DNA of 63,598 bases, the filler included, from Circinaria calcarea (Eukaryota): NCBI GenBank assembly GCA_051942165.1. It is 3 parts of 3 records of this genome, joined end to end, with 100 filler letters (N's around TTAATTAATTAA, not from the genome) between each part and the next. Parts side by side here need not be neighbours in the genome. Positions count along the whole stretch, not along the records: positions 42,529 to 63,598 come from JAVECS010000151.1; 2 more parts are not named here. One strand, 5' to 3'. A program made the position numbers and the translations under genes. Under the pieces are notes generated by a model, which was given only the letters and a program-made list of their open reading frames with translations, was not told the DNA's origin and did no database searches. Positions 50,049 to 63,598 of this stretch are shown piece by piece (positions within the stretch are counted from its first letter, which is position 1; each line of letters opens with the position of its first letter).

Positions 50049-51411
50049 ATGAAAACCGCTACCTTGATAGGGAGTACATCCTTGTCTCTTCCCCCAAATT
50101 CATACATCTACGACATCGTGGCTGTTGGTGGGCAACTAGGAGTAATCTCGTCTGACGACTCTTTGAGGATCTTTGATCCCCAGACGTTGCAGCCCACCTC
50201 GGATGGCATACGGTGTAACGTCCATGAAGGAGTGACCTGTCTCGAAAGAAACCGTTGTGATAACAGCACGGTACTCACGGCGGGGAGGGACGGTAAGATC
50301 CGCTGTTGGGATATAAGAGCCGCAGAGACGACCTTTGAGCTTGGGAGTGGTACGTCTGATATGTATTCGATGCTGAAGCAAACAATAACCAGATCGATCA
50401 GCACGATCTGCCCCCTTCCTCTCACTTGCCAGCAGCCCCCACAATACAACTCTAGCTGCGGGTACAGAATTATCAAACTCGCATGCCAGTGTGGATCTGT
50501 GGTGAGCCCACAAACTCTGTATACATTCACAGTCTAACTCTTTCCAGGGATCCTAGATCTCCCCGACAACCAATGGTTCAGTATGTGGAAAGTCACAACG
50601 ATGATGTTACTCAAGTACGCTCTGACTAGGCTATGCTCGTCTCTACCATTCTGCTCATGATCTTCATTACCAGTTAGCCTTCCATCCTACGAAATCGTCC
50701 TGTTTACTTTCCGGAAGCACGGATGGACTAGTAAATATCTACGATATCAACATCACAGACGAGGAGGATGCCCTTTCTCGGGTCATCAACCACGGGGCTT
50801 CTGTAGGCCACGCTGGATTTTTATCGGATACGGAAATTTATGCTTTGAGTCATGATGAGATGCTGTCCATTTATCACCTCAACTTGGCCAATGATAGCAT
50901 CGATGACCACTACGACCCTCCCCCCATTATGTTCGGCGACTTAAGACCAAAAGCAAGCTGCGAGTACATAGTCGATGTGGATGTCTTATCATTCGGTGAG
51001 GGTGCTGTTCTTGGCGCGGGTACCCATAGGTTCGATTGGATTATGCCACACGATTGGAAGAGATACTAAATCTCAATTCAGCCAGCATCGACTCGATTTG
51101 ATAGCATTGAACTCGGCCTCTGGATGGGCCATCGATGAAAGTCAAACGATTCGCCTCGCAGGGGCCCACGGCGAAGATATTGTGCGGTCCTTTTATATTG
51201 ATAGCCAGGTATGTGATTAGAGAAATGGCTGGACATGAATGCAGCTCTCTGACATGGGTAGGCGAATATCATTTATACGTCCGGCGAAGACGGATTGGTC
51301 AAAGTGTGGCAGACTTCAAGTATGAATGGCCAATCCCATCAGATTGGACCAACGAGGCACAAGCGGACGAAGGACCGTGTCGGAAATGACCAGCATTACA
51401 GGCCGTACTAA
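50049..51411 (+). CDS. WD40 repeat protein (WDR89/YNL035C-like), multi-exon
   Basis: ISSDDSLRIFD, TAGRDGKIRCWDIR, YVESHNDDVT, LLSGSTDGLVNIYD, GAHGEDIVRSF, TSGEDGLVKVW. Confidence 0.85.
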
Positions 51412-51740
51412 ATCAGGGAGATGACCGGACCCATCTGTTCACCTTTTTATACCTCAAAATGACAAGGACGTTGGTCAACATCAGCTGCTACTGATGATGT
51501 CCAGTTTGCCTTGCTGTGACGAGTAGATAGCATTGTAGAATCATTGTCCGATAGTCTCCAACTGAAAATGATGATACCCTGTATGCCTACCTTAGCTGAT
51601 GAGCAAACCATAGCCCTCGCTTAGGCGCTCTTAGCGCTCTTTGGACAGCCCTGGCCCATAACGTCATATCAACGTCTTGTCGGACTTGACCTTTTGGCCT
51701 TTTCACTCAACTGCCAACATTCCGCATCTCCATATCAAAC

Positions 51741-52509
51741 ATGGCGAGCGAGGCAGCCCTTCGAGGTGCATGTTCCTGTGGCCGAAATCAGTACCTCATC
51801 GCCATACCTTCGGATTCTCATACAGCTGCTCAGGTGCTGTTTGATGATAGAGCAGAGCTCCGTAATTATAGCCTTCACAAATCCTAGCTTATGGAGGGGA
51901 CTAATCGATATAGGTCGTGCCCATTCGAGTCCTTTGCCCGTCTTTCTCCGCATTCCTCTACCCTGGCTCCACAGCACCACCTATGCCTTCTACCCCGACG
52001 AAAGCCACTCAAGCATCCGACGCGTCTTCACTCCTCGCTATGCACCGCACACCAAGCGTCACTTCTGCGGCTTCTGCGGTACGCCATTGAGTCATTGGAG
52101 CGAAGAGAGCAGAGATGAAGCCGAATGGGTCTGTGTCAGCATGGGCAGCTTGGACAGTGCTAGCGTGAGCCTTCTCAACGACGCCGGGCTTCTGCCGACT
52201 GTGCAGGATGAGGAAGTCAATGCTGGAGCGACCCATGATCAGACGGAATTAGCTATACAGTCTAAGGAGGGCAAAAGGAGAGGTCAACCGTGGTTTGAAG
52301 AAATGATTGAAGGAAGTGAACTCGGAAGGCTACGGAGGAGAAGAGGGGGTGAAATGAGCGCCGATGGGAGGACCACAGTTGAATGGGAGATTATGGAGTT
52401 CAATACCGATGAAGGTGAGACAGTTGTGGAAGGAGCCATAGCTACAGGGAAACGGAAACACGGAGATATGGGGACTGGAGAAGACCTTGTCATAAGAGAG
52501 GAATACTGA
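51741..52509 (+). CDS. Mss4-like/GFA (CENP-V-type) zinc-binding protein
   Basis: Exon 1 MASEAALRGACSCGRNQY; later AHSSPL..FLRIPLPW, KRHFCGFCGTPLSHWSE, PWFEEMIEGSELGR, VEWEI. Confidence 0.75.
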
Positions 52510-53354
52510 GGGTATCAACCATCTCATAGTAGATCAGCAATGCGTTTGTATGTTCAGGACTTTGGAGTTGCAATGAGTAATGAAGGTCATAGCTGGGAGA
52601 CTACGGTAGTCTATGGTAATCTGTGTCTTTCTTACTGTATCCTTGCCTCTCTTACCCCAAAGACTCTTGTAACGGCCTTCGATGGCTGACAGCTTCATCT
52701 GAGATAGACAGCCTGGAATCTGACTGTCCTCAGCAACCAACACCTGTGCGGTTTGGAAAGACTGAATAGGGTATCAAGAGTTACTTAGAGATAGCGCTGA
52801 CGACAGAAGGTGGCTTACTCAGTTGTTGGTTGCTCTCCTTTGCCCTCTATTTGCTTCATGATACTAGCACATGTTGAGACTACGATTTCATTGATTAGAC
52901 ATGCACCACTGATCCTACAATTCGCTATGATAGCTAGCCTAGTGTTAATTGGAGAGCTTCGTATTCCTCTTGACTTGAGATCGAGCACAAGCCCCCCTCC
53001 CCCCCCCGGAAATGAGGACAAATTTGAAATTATGCTAAAGGGCTGATAGCGCCGTAGCACTTATATCACTCTCGCCTTGTCTGAATCTTGCAAATTGCCG
53101 AAGGTAAACAAACAAACTTCATCAGAGACGTCGCCTACACCTCTCCTTACAAATGCCTATTGATCTACTAACTTACACAGTTCATGATCTCCTGGTTTGT
53201 ATCCTGTAGGATATGAAAACTTACTTTCGTATTGAAACTTGCTTTCGTATCGAGTCTTGAGATTCGCGTCTCCCAACGCGCTCAAGTTTCTAAAATATCG
53301 AACAGCACCCACTCAAAAAATCGGATCGTCCTTGCCAGAAACCTTTACACCTAA

Positions 53355-56300
53355 ATGGGTACACTTGGTGATATCACGGAAAGGGTTAACAACACTAATT
53401 CAGTAAGAATGGCTCCTGCCACTCAGACGGCGACTGAGACCCCCTCTGGCGCCAAAACTTCTCCAGGATACATGCAACCAACAGTTTCCTCCAAACAGTC
53501 CGTGACGACGCCCAATGATACTACTAATCGTGCCTCTACGCCTGCCTCTATCTTGAGTACCAAAGGAACTTCCTGGATGGCTTCAGCGGCGAAGCGTATG
53601 AATATTAGCCGTGTTGCTGATGGCGCTCCCCGTTCCAAGAAGGAAGGGAGGTCAGTAAAGAAATCTGGTCCTGGAGTTACATTTCCAGATAAAGTGAGAG
53701 CTCAAATCTTACAATTATGAGGACTACTGATTGATGTAATGAACCAGTTTGCAACGCCCTCGCAGAAGGGGTTTGACGAGAGTCGAATTCCTACGCCCGC
53801 GTCAAAGGTTGCACCAGCAAATAAGCCTTTACCTAGCCCACCAATTGCGCAGGTCCTTAACACCTCCCCTGAAGCTCGTTGTCTAATCGATGCCAGCGAG
53901 AAACCATTACGACGGTCCCCACCTGAGCATCCTGACCAGCACGAAGACTGGCCTGTTCTGTTTCCAGCAAAACCATCCAAGCCTAATGCGATTAGGAGCA
54001 TCGTCCAAGAAGGTGGTTTATCCAAGCAGAGTGCAGGCACCGTCGAAACCCAGCCATATCCGAAGATACTGGATGCGTCAGGGCCACCTGGGTTGAAGCC
54101 GTTGAATTCAGAAGTTTCCATTGAGTCAATTTCTCGCAAGCCAGTCGAGAAAGCCAAACAAGTCGAGGTTACAAATACAAAACTACTCCACTCTAACAAG
54201 GATAACGATAATGGGAAGGTCTCTAGGTCAAAAGACCCTAGCCCTACAGATCAAGGTATGGCGGGAATGTCAGCAGCTGATGCTGCAGTCCAAAAGAGAT
54301 CGGATGAGTCTCGGAATCTTTCACACCCACGCCAAACAAAGACTTCATCGCTCCGTGCCCGTATCTCTAATGGGAGTATCACCAAAGACAGGCCATCTTC
54401 GGGCAACGAGGTTATCGGTTTCACAGACTTCACCACAATTGTTGAGAGCTCCAGCCTTGCGACTAGAGCCGGCTCTCGATCTTCAAAAGCAAGTTCCGAA
54501 GCCCTAAACGGGCGTCGAGCTCCTGCAGCAATCATTGCAGGGAGTCGACGACCCATTACACATAGGCCACATAGACCGACCAGCCAAACTAGTCTTCGGA
54601 GTTTCTCCCGTGCTTCTGATCTTCCTTCTGAAGGGAATCCATCAAGTAGGCTTAAGTCAGTGCTACCGTCTGGAGAGTTAGGAGACGTGGTTGTTACAAC
54701 CACTTCAAATGCAGAGTCGCGTCGTTCAAGCTCCATTCCCGTGCTTCGTCGAAAAGAATCCTTGGTTGGTGGTGCATCGCAAGGCACCTCTGTCGACACC
54801 ATGGGCCTCCCAGAAAAGGTGAAGAGGTCTTCTCGTAAGGCGTTCGATATCTTCGAGGAACCGATTGTAGAATCACCGGACAGCAACAAGGGACGTAGTG
54901 CTCCTGAGTTGGGCATGAAAGATGGTGGTAAGTCGTCAACTGCACATGCCTATACCATCAAGAGACTTTCAATGACCTCTCCAGAATATGGTCCAACACT
55001 GAGAGTATCGTCCTCTGCGGAGAGGGTGATCATGGGTGAAGACGACACCGATAAAGAGAATCATCCAAAGGTACGGGCCAACAAGAGTAGAGATCTTCGA
55101 CGGCAAGTCGCTGTCAACGAATTGCATAAATCCACTCAGGATACCGTTGACCTTGACGCGAAAAAACGGTTAAGCCGTTCTTTCTCAAGTCAGAGCCTGT
55201 CGCATTGCATCTTGCCTACTGGATTACCGGCTGATAAGCACGTCCAAGAAGAGGCCGCAAGGGGTACCGACAAGGACTATTTTCTGCCTACCGACCATCT
55301 ACAACATCATTCTGGGCTGTCAAGATCTTACGTCTCCCGAACAAATACAAATTCATGCGGGAACGATGATCCTTTTTTCGATGCACGCTCTTATATCGTA
55401 GACCCGGAGGCGGATTGCAAGCATGCTTTAATGCCTGAAGCGGATTCTAAGAGTGGTGTCAATCCTGTCGTCAGACGAGCAAGCAGCATTGCACTTAGTG
55501 ATTCCATTCCTTTGAATCCCGGTTTCTTGCCTGCTATTATGCAGGAACACGCCGGCAAGGATAAAGGACTGCCAACCAACGAATCCAACTTGCAACCAGT
55601 TTCAACGCCCCAACAGCAAAAGGAAGAAACCTCCGGCCATCCTGCAGGAAGTTTCCCTCCACGGAGCTCATCCCGAGCTGCTGTACCAGATTTTACCATA
55701 TCTTCAGTCTCTCCACATCAATCGGACACTCGTCTCTCGGATGAGTTTGCCATTCGTCAGAATAAACTGGGAGAGTCATTCGGGATGAAAACCTCTCAAT
55801 TAGATTATGCTGGTAGTCTGAAGCGTGACTCTGTTGCTCACTCATCCAACAAATCTCAGGGGTCGATGTCCAAAGGAATGCTCTCCAATTTTCGTGGTTT
55901 GTTCCACAAGCGATCTGGGGAGAACGGGGTCAAGCAAGACAAGCCTAAACTCCACATTACTAAAAATGGCAGTCCGTTCCCTCCCATGTCGGAGATCCAT
56001 CCAATTCACCGTCCAACGCTTGCTTCCACCAGTCGCTCCAAGCGACCAGCTGCTAAACTTGATATACCAAGTCAGCCGCTATTAACACCAGCATACCAGT
56101 CGCCCGGGCCTTCAGAGTTGGCTACGACGACTACACTAGCAATGGAGATCCTCGATCTTGCCCGCATGGAACCTTCAAGCCCAAAGAAGGAGCGATACTT
56201 TGAGCTAGGAAAAATCTTGGTTGAAGCCGTCACCCAGGCTCGTGACGCAGAGAAGTTCGCGGAGGAGGCGAAGCAATCAGCCCGAAGGGCAGAGGTTTCC

Positions 56301-56381
56301 TATATACTTTGCGCTAAGAGTGTGAGTGATATCGCAAAGAACGTCCAGGAGTGGAAGGCCCTCATGGATCTGGACGCGTGA
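53355..56381 (+). CDS. Large S/P/R-rich, largely disordered protein of unknown function with C-terminal helix (2 exons; intron after ~53693)
   Basis: 121-aa and 880-aa ORFs separated by a GTGAGA...CTGAT...CAG intron; no stops; C-terminal helical segment LVEAVTQARDAEKFAEEAKQSARRAE. Confidence 0.75.
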
Positions 56382-57036
56382 GGGGGTGAGTCGGTTCGAG
56401 GTTCGAGCACGGATGAAAGGAGTTCATAGGTTGAGTGCAGGTAATCTGTTCAGCTACATGACGAATTGCGCAAAGCCTATTGAGTTTCTTGATTGGATAC
56501 TGCACACCATGTGGTCATGGTTGGATGTTCAGAATGAGTGGCTCTGTATCCTTAACTTCTAGTGTGCTATTCATGGAGGCGTTATACTCCCCGATGCTGG
56601 AAGTTTGACGTTCCCGGATGGTGGAAGATTGCTCACGGAGACAGTGACATTGGAATACACCATACGCTGACTGTCTATGATGGAAGATGGTTTCTGAGAT
56701 GAGGCGAAAGACACCTAATGTTATGTTTGTCTGATAGCTAATGTCTCTTCTCTTCTCGAGGGGTTGTACTTCATGCAGGATTTTGCTTTTTGATAAGAAT
56801 GGTTAGAATGATAGTAAAGTCTCAAACCAATTGTGCTCTTGGTGGCTCTATATGACTGCCATTGCCCGTGTATTACAACGCACATGACTGTAGTATTCGA
56901 AGTATCTCCCAAGGGCAAGATAGAATAACCCTGTATGTCAGATGATCATAGGGCTGAGCGGGTAGCTTTTCACGCCAAAACCAAAGCCGATCAGTCGACA
57001 TGTTCAGCAACCTAACAGCAAGATCTGGTTGAATCA

Positions 57037-58586
57037 ATGTCTCAAAGCTACAAGTCCTTGAAAGAAGACTTTGTGTCAAATCTTTCCGGTGGGGATATCT
57101 TTGAGATAAACCTGGTGACCGCGGTAGCTCCAGTATGTGGTTGCTTCACGCACTGCTACGCAAGCTTGCTGATCCACATTTCCAGGCTGCTGTCTTGCTG
57201 TGGTCTGTACTGCAGTCTCGGCACGTAGTGTTTGTGCCATACGGAGTGGCCGCTTTCGCTATAGACTTCCTTTTGAACGTTGGAGCAATCCTGTTGGCAA
57301 TAACCTTGTACTCTCGAGCGCCAGCAGTACTGAATATTCTTCTGCTATTACCTGCTTTCCTCCTTTACATCCTCACGCCATTGGCCACAGGAGCTAGGAG
57401 GTCCTCGAAACCGCCAAGGCTTCCCAATGGTCCACCAACGGAGGACTCGCGGAATGACGAGCTCCTCCCCTTTCCGGTACGGCCTTTCGTCACGACCTAT
57501 CGAGGGGCCATGATGGTCGTTACATGCATCGCTATTCTTGCAGTCGACTTCAAGGTCTTCCCACGGCGGTTTGCCAAGGTCGAAAATTGGGGCACCTCTT
57601 TGATGGACATGGGGGTTGGCTCGTTTGTCTTCTCGGCTGGCGTTGTCGCTGCGAAGCCCATCTTGAAGGATCGGATGGCGGGCAAGCCTCCCAAGCTCGG
57701 CCGGAGATTATGGATTTCAGCAAGGCATTCTCTACCTTTACTCCTACTCGGCCTGATCCGACTTTACAGTGTGAAAGGCTTGGACTACGCAGAGCATATC
57801 ACGGAATATGGCGTACACTGGAACTTCTTCTTCACCCTGGCGTTGCTGCCGCCGTTCGTAGCAGTCTTTCAATCCCTCTTTTCTCTGGTGCCATCCTACG
57901 AACTGCTGTCTTTGTTGCTTGGGAGCGTTTACCAAGGTTTACTTGAGTTGACTAGGCTCAAAGCGTATATCCTAACGGCTCCCCGAAAGGACCTGTTGAG
58001 CAAAAATCGCGAAGGCGTTTTCTCTTTTCTTGGCTATCTGGCGATATTCCTCGCAGGACAAGCAGCTGGACAGTATCTTCTACCACGGCGGCCGATTGGC
58101 TCTTCGCCGTCCAAAACTGCCAAGGCACAGCGGTTTCGCATCCTGGCACGTTTGGCTGCTTGGTCAGTGATCTGGAGCTCTCTGCTATTTCTTACAACGG
58201 CGTATAAATATGGCTTGGGATTCCGCGTCTCACGGCGCTTGGCTAATCTTCCGTATGTTTTGTGGGTTGCAGCGTTTAACTGCACACAGATCGCAATGTT
58301 CTGTACCATTGAAACACTCATTTTCCCAACCGTCTATAAGGCTACACACCGGACGGCCGAGGCTCGTGAAGGGCAAAAAGCGACCAGTAGGATCCTTCAA
58401 GCGTACAACAGGAACGGACTTGCGATTTTCCTTTTGGCAAACCTGCTGACTGGGCTTGTCAATCTGACAGTCGATACCTTGAGCGTGAGGAAAGAAGCTG
58501 CAACTGCAATTCTTTTTGGCTACATTGTGACTCTGACTGGTGTCGCATTGGCTCTAGATTCTTGGAATATCTCTATCAAGGTCTGA
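57037..58586 (+). CDS. GWT1: GPI inositol acyltransferase Gwt1/PIG-W (intron ~57133-57185)
   Basis: [100 protein letters not shown]. Confidence 0.95.
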
Positions 58587-58710
58587 CAAACTGAAAAAAA
58601 CCTCAAACCCTATCCATAGGTATACCCGCACAATTTCGCCATGCCCAAAGGCCCCATTAACGCCTCCAAACTCTCATTACTATCTCTTCCTCCCTCCCGT
58701 TTCGGATCAA

Positions 58711-58887
58711 TCAATCTTCCGCCTCACGATGTTCTGGTAGAAGGTCAAGGTCCGTGAAGATACATCCTCGTCTCCTCTCGCTCTTGGTGCTGGAAGTACT
58801 GGACGCGGTGTCGGTACTGCTTGTGCTGCTGGTACTACTGGAGCGACGGGTTCTGGTAGCAGCGATGATCTCTTCCGGGGTTGGCAT
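58711..58887 (-). CDS. Possible small Ser/Thr-rich protein (MPTPEEIIAATRTRRSSSTSS...)
   Basis: ATG-initiated 58-aa tail of ORF 58711-59163, convergent with GWT1; no recognisable domain. Confidence 0.3.
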   Translation of the reverse strand: MPTPEEIIAATRTRRSSSTSSTSSTDTASSTSSTKSERRRGCIFTDLDLLPEHREAED

Positions 58888-61800
58888 CGCATGCTGCTCA
58901 ATTCGTGTCGATGGACGCACATGTTGGTGGGCTATCAAACGACCCCGCGGACTCGGCGGCTGATAGGTGGTGGCGGGGAGGAGTTCGAGGAATTCCGGCA
59001 ACGTCGAGGTTGAAACCTGATAGGAATGCATCTTACCCATGGCGCCGATTCGAGGCCGCGACTGTGCCGGGAGATCCCTCGAGTACGAGTAGGACCGATT
59101 CATGTTGGAAGGATGGGAGAAGGCAGGGAGGGTAAGAAAAGATTGGCTTATCTTCAGTGGCAAGATGTGGCACAGGATATTAGAAATTAAGGATTAAAAG
59201 GTCGTTTCCGGCACGCCTATGTTAACGAGGATAATTATGGATGGAACAATCTGGAAATTACCAGATGGCTCTGAGGGAAAACGTGTCTGAAAGGTGGATG
59301 CTCGAACAGCAATAGGACTGGTAGGAACGAGATCTCCAGAGGCTCAAATACGACTCTGGCCATCTCTCTGGAGCTGCTAACATTGTTGCGAACATTGTTG
59401 CAACCGGGATCGCGATTCTACAGACATCATAGCTCTGGATTGCGGTGGATTCGATTGGTATCAGAGTTGTGATCCACCATTTAAACTGTCGAACAACCTT
59501 AAGCCAACCATTCAGGGCCAGACCTGCTCAGCATTTGGTTTCTCTTCTTCGTAGTTGATCGGTTTGACATGACAATGGACCATGATGCCAACCACTGAGT
59601 CGCATCCGGTTGTGCATGTATCAGCAGCGAGAGACAACACGTTGCGATCCTATCTGAGAGTACAACGCAAAGACGAAATCGAGATTCCCCGGGTCTTTGT
59701 TGATGGTTTGCCACTCCAACCGTTCGAGATCCGTCTCGCGGTTTGTTTCGCGGATGACAAACACGTCGTGGTTTGGCGACGTGGCCTCCAAACCCACTGC
59801 GCCAAACCACGACGTGTTACACTTGGGAAAGATTGCCGGCCATGGGATATAATGCTGTTGGGCTCCAATTCTTTCAATGGGTTTGTCGCACGCCAAACCA
59901 CGCTCGGTTGTTCTGTCGGAGATGTTTGCGCTCGTCGTCAGCATTTTCTAACGCCAGGTACAGGCAAAAGCGAACAAACTCGGCGTTTGTGGTGGGAAGT
60001 CTTATTGTCAAACTGTCTTGCCCGACTGCGGTGCATCTCAAGATAGCCGCCTGGGTGTACAACCAAGTCATAGCGGGGTCGCTGATAGCGAGCGCGTCAC
60101 TATCACGGCTGCTCGCTGGTAGTACGTACTATCTATCTCGTCACCCAACGTCAGCTTCACGACTTGTAGGTTGACTGGCTCTAAACACCCGCCATCGCTG
60201 CTGTTGGGTCTTCCGCTTCGATAGCCTCGAAAGTAGCAGCGGCGGAGAAGGAAACGGGAGCAGACGAGTGCGACGGTAATCGCGTAGCTGCATTGTTGCG
60301 ATGGATAGACTGGCCGGAGAAGCTAACTCGCCCTAGTAGCGAGAGTATGTCGCGATCCTACCGAATGTGGGAACAAAGTACAATAAGTGCCTAGAGTGCC
60401 TGCTGGTCTGCTCCAATCCCAATCCTAGCAGAAAGGGCGAGATGGCCGCTTCACAGTCACTTGACTCGAAGTTCATGCACGCCGCGTTCACCGGAGCTTT
60501 TGGAGACCCCTGGTTCATGGGGGGCCAAAAAGGGTTAAAGCACCTGTTCTGCCTCTCTGCCTCTCTGCCTCTTGACGGTACGATACGACGCTCCACACTA
60601 CCATAGCGTCGGGGGGCGGCGACCTTGCTCCAGTATTCGCCCGTATAGATCTTCCCATGGCCCTCCCCCAGTCGCATTGCGAGCGGCCTACTGTATGCGC
60701 AGTCCCTAGATTTAGTACATGATCGTCATCATATCACGACGCCCCGACGGTTGCACGCCAACGGTCTGACAGGGCGAATCACAAGGCCCGTTTAACGTGG
60801 GCTTTGTGATTTGTCGTCGTAGCCGCCGGGGAGGAAACCACAGGCCCGAATGGATCCAGGCAATGCATCCAGACGAGCAACGGTTCTACTCTGGTGATAA
60901 CCATACGTATCAGGAACATGAGTCGAGTAGCGGTTGATGGAGCGCTGGCGGGTCAAAGGGCTCCACATCAGAAGTGGTCATTCCACGGTTACACATCTAC
61001 AGGCCCATGGGCATTGGCGTGTGAGAGTGCCTGCCTGCTGCAAGTAGATGCATTATTACAACATGTCACTGCTGTGTCTCGTTGCAATCAGCCTCCTCGC
61101 CAGACCTCCAATGTTGGTTTGACATGGCGCAAGCAGGTCCCTACCGGCATAATGTCGGGCAAGCCATCAGCCTCCAAGGTCCATCTATCACTGCTAACGT
61201 CCGTGAGACTTGGGCACAGCAATGAATGCTGTGGTGTTGACGGAGAATGTCGAGAATGGCGCCTACGGGGCCGATAGCTACCTCAGCCAGGGTTTTGTTG
61301 GCGATACCTTCGTCAAGAAAGGAGGGGCTGAATTACGGAGTAGATAGGCGATAAACGCTATTATCTCCCCCCCTACCTATCGGTTCGGCGTGGAATGCAA
61401 TCCGAGCCGGGAGGAGCGAGTGCATAGGGCAGGGATGTTGCCTCTGCCGGCGATGCGCGCCTAACCCAAGCGGGATGCGTCGCCCAAGAAGTTACACCAA
61501 ACTTCCCTCTTTCTCTCCCTCTGCCTCTGCCTCTGCCTCTGCCACTTGTCCCATTCTTCTGTCCCTTCCTTCAGCCCGGTCCTCCCGTGGTCGACCAGAT
61601 GCCCTTTTCTTCATCCTCCTGGACCCTCTCGACTCTTTGGCTTCCACCTCGCACATCGTATGCCGTGCTCCACGGCCGCTACCCTCCAGGCTGCAGATGG
61701 GCTCCCTCATCCCTTAACCGTCATTTCCTGAAGGGAGTCGTCTCGGATCACTCCATCCCCTTCCTTCGTCATCCCCGGCGGCTTTTCCAGTAACAATTGT

Positions 61801-62258
61801 TTGTCCGTCAACGTTGTTGTCTGTACTTCCTCCCTCTTGCGGGGCATTGTTTTCCATCGAGACAGCACATCCCGTACGTGTCTCTGACAGGTTGCAGAAG
61901 CTGTACGCACAATCTGGAACGGACGGATCCAACCACCCGGGTCATGCGGTTGCTTCCTACTTATAATAACCTTACTCCACCCCCCTTGGCCTTGTTCCCT
62001 TTCTTTGCCGCACACTCCACCAAAGATAGTCCACTCGGTTCGACCGATAACGCCAAACCCAAAGGTATGCCGACTCGAGGAGCTGTCCCCCGATAGATTG
62101 ATATTGACGCGCTAGAACAGGTCCTGCGCCACCACTGTGTATTGAGAAGCTACCCTGGAAAAGTCAACGTCCAGCCCGATTGGTTTCTTTGCCACGGCTA
62201 GCCGCCTCTACCATACACCCGGCACTACCCGCCAACAGAAGGCACCCTTAGAAGCAAC

Positions 62259-62408
62259 ATGTGCATCTACATTACTCATGTCTATGCCTGTGGTCACAAT
62301 CTAGTCGATGTTGCACCATGTGCAAGTTCCAGAGCCGGACCCTGTGGGGTCCGAAGTGAGAGGCGGATGGTCCACACCGAAAAGTGTCACCTATGCGGTG
62401 GTTGGTAA
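62259..62408 (+). CDS. Small Cys/His-rich putative zinc-binding protein (49 aa)
   Basis: MCIYITHVYACGHNLVDVAPCASSRAGPCGVRSERRMVHTEKCHLCGGW*; good start context (CAACATG); upstream CT-rich leader with an intron-like GTATGC..CAG (~62065-62120). Confidence 0.6.
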   Translation: MCIYITHVYACGHNLVDVAPCASSRAGPCGVRSERRMVHTEKCHLCGGW

Positions 62409-63598
62409 GTGATGACTTGAAGTCGGGGGCATGGGCTGCACTGACACTGCCTAGACATTTTCGCCCCTTTTTGTCAACGGCTGTGAAAAGGGGAGCATCC
62501 TTCGTCCTTACATTGATACCCTCTTCTTACGCGTTAGAATAACGGTCATGATTTGACGAGTCACACGAGCATTGATGTTTATGGTAGATTACGATGTTGA
62601 AGCTGTTCCGATTTAGAGAAGAAAAGGACCGGCTGGTTCGGGTCTCGCAAATGATTTGCTTTTCGTGCACTTTCTCTGCCAAATTCCTTCAAGTCCTTTC
62701 TTCGGTCCAGGAACCATACTCCCCAAAAGGCAACTTATCCTTTGTTCTCGCGACTCACCACATGCACAATGCCATCTCCCCATTCCACTTTTGTTGGGAG
62801 CACAGACAGCTCATCTTTAGCCGAAGGGATTCGAGAGTTCAAATTATACCGCTCTGGGGAATTTTCAGCGGATGCATGCATCATGCGGTCAGCCAAATCC
62901 GATAGGTCGCCTCCATGTCCCCGCATGGCTGCAGCATAATCTGCAGAGGCCCTACACAATTCCTACTCGTCAGAAGTCCCAATTCACATGATCTACCATG
63001 AAGCAAGCTGTCTGGTGAATGCGAACAGGTTCCCGTCGTGCTCTTTGTGACTGGTTCATCTCCATCGAAGACACCCCCTCCCTTTGGCTGCATGATAGAG
63101 AAGGTACAGCGTGCAGATGATTTCCCTTGCATTGCGCAGGAAAAAAAAACCCTTCCCCCTCCGGCCAATGTGTACGTACACGTAATGAGCGACGGCCTTT
63201 CTGAAGACGTGTGGTCTGGCCTGTTCAGGAGGATCGAGCACAGCTGCAATACTACTGCGGGTGGGATGCATTCTTCATGTGATGCGCGAGAGGGCGCAAG
63301 TAAGGTTTCAATGGGCGGAAAAAAAGATACTAATCGCCGGTGGCCTTGTGCCTCTCCAATTCTGTCAAACTCACCGAGGTGGTCAACAGTACGGCACCGA
63401 GTTGGTTGTAGGTCGTAGTTCCCGCCTCAGATCGGGCTGTTTCATGATGGAACTCCAGTTGCCGAGGTTCTTAGGGTTTCGGTTCACGTCTTGGTATGGT
63501 TCGTATTCCTAAGGGCGGGAGGACTCACGGACTCAATTACCGACCGATGGGTCCTGACAGAGTGGCGGGGAAGTGTCAGGAGGGGGAAGAAACGGGGG

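Noticed and set aside
53702..55699. Antisense ORFs of 100-220 aa
   Set aside because: Shadows of the long plus-strand CDS.
59400..61400. Cluster of short ORFs on both strands
   Set aside because: No recognisable domains or consistent exon structure.

Overview
Filamentous ascomycete (Pezizomycotina) genomic DNA with GT-AG introns and two scaffold gaps carrying a TTAATTAATTAA linker. It has three zones. (1) 1-20 kb: Ca2+/cation antiporter, POT peptide transporter, a small terpenoid cluster (two divergent P450s, an intact class I terpene cyclase with a 15-aa C-terminal tandem repeat, a transposon-truncated quinone oxidoreductase) and a NACHT-ankyrin NLR. (2) 20-45 kb: a transposon/pseudogene graveyard with a Tad-like LINE, a degraded Starship-type module (ferric reductase + DUF3723 + probable DUF3435 captain remnant), solo LTRs of three families, a MULE with 9-bp TSD, a hAT MITE with 8-bp TSD nested in a Crypton, ERF4, ankyrin and Trk remnants, and an SRPK-like kinase. 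(3) 45-63.6 kb: core genes (laeA-like methyltransferase, WD40, GFA/CENP-V-like, a large disordered protein, GWT1) and a small Cys-rich ORF. The best lead is a decaying terpenoid cluster plus NLR on the cargo side of a relic Starship. All family calls come from motifs read by eye; no database searches were run.
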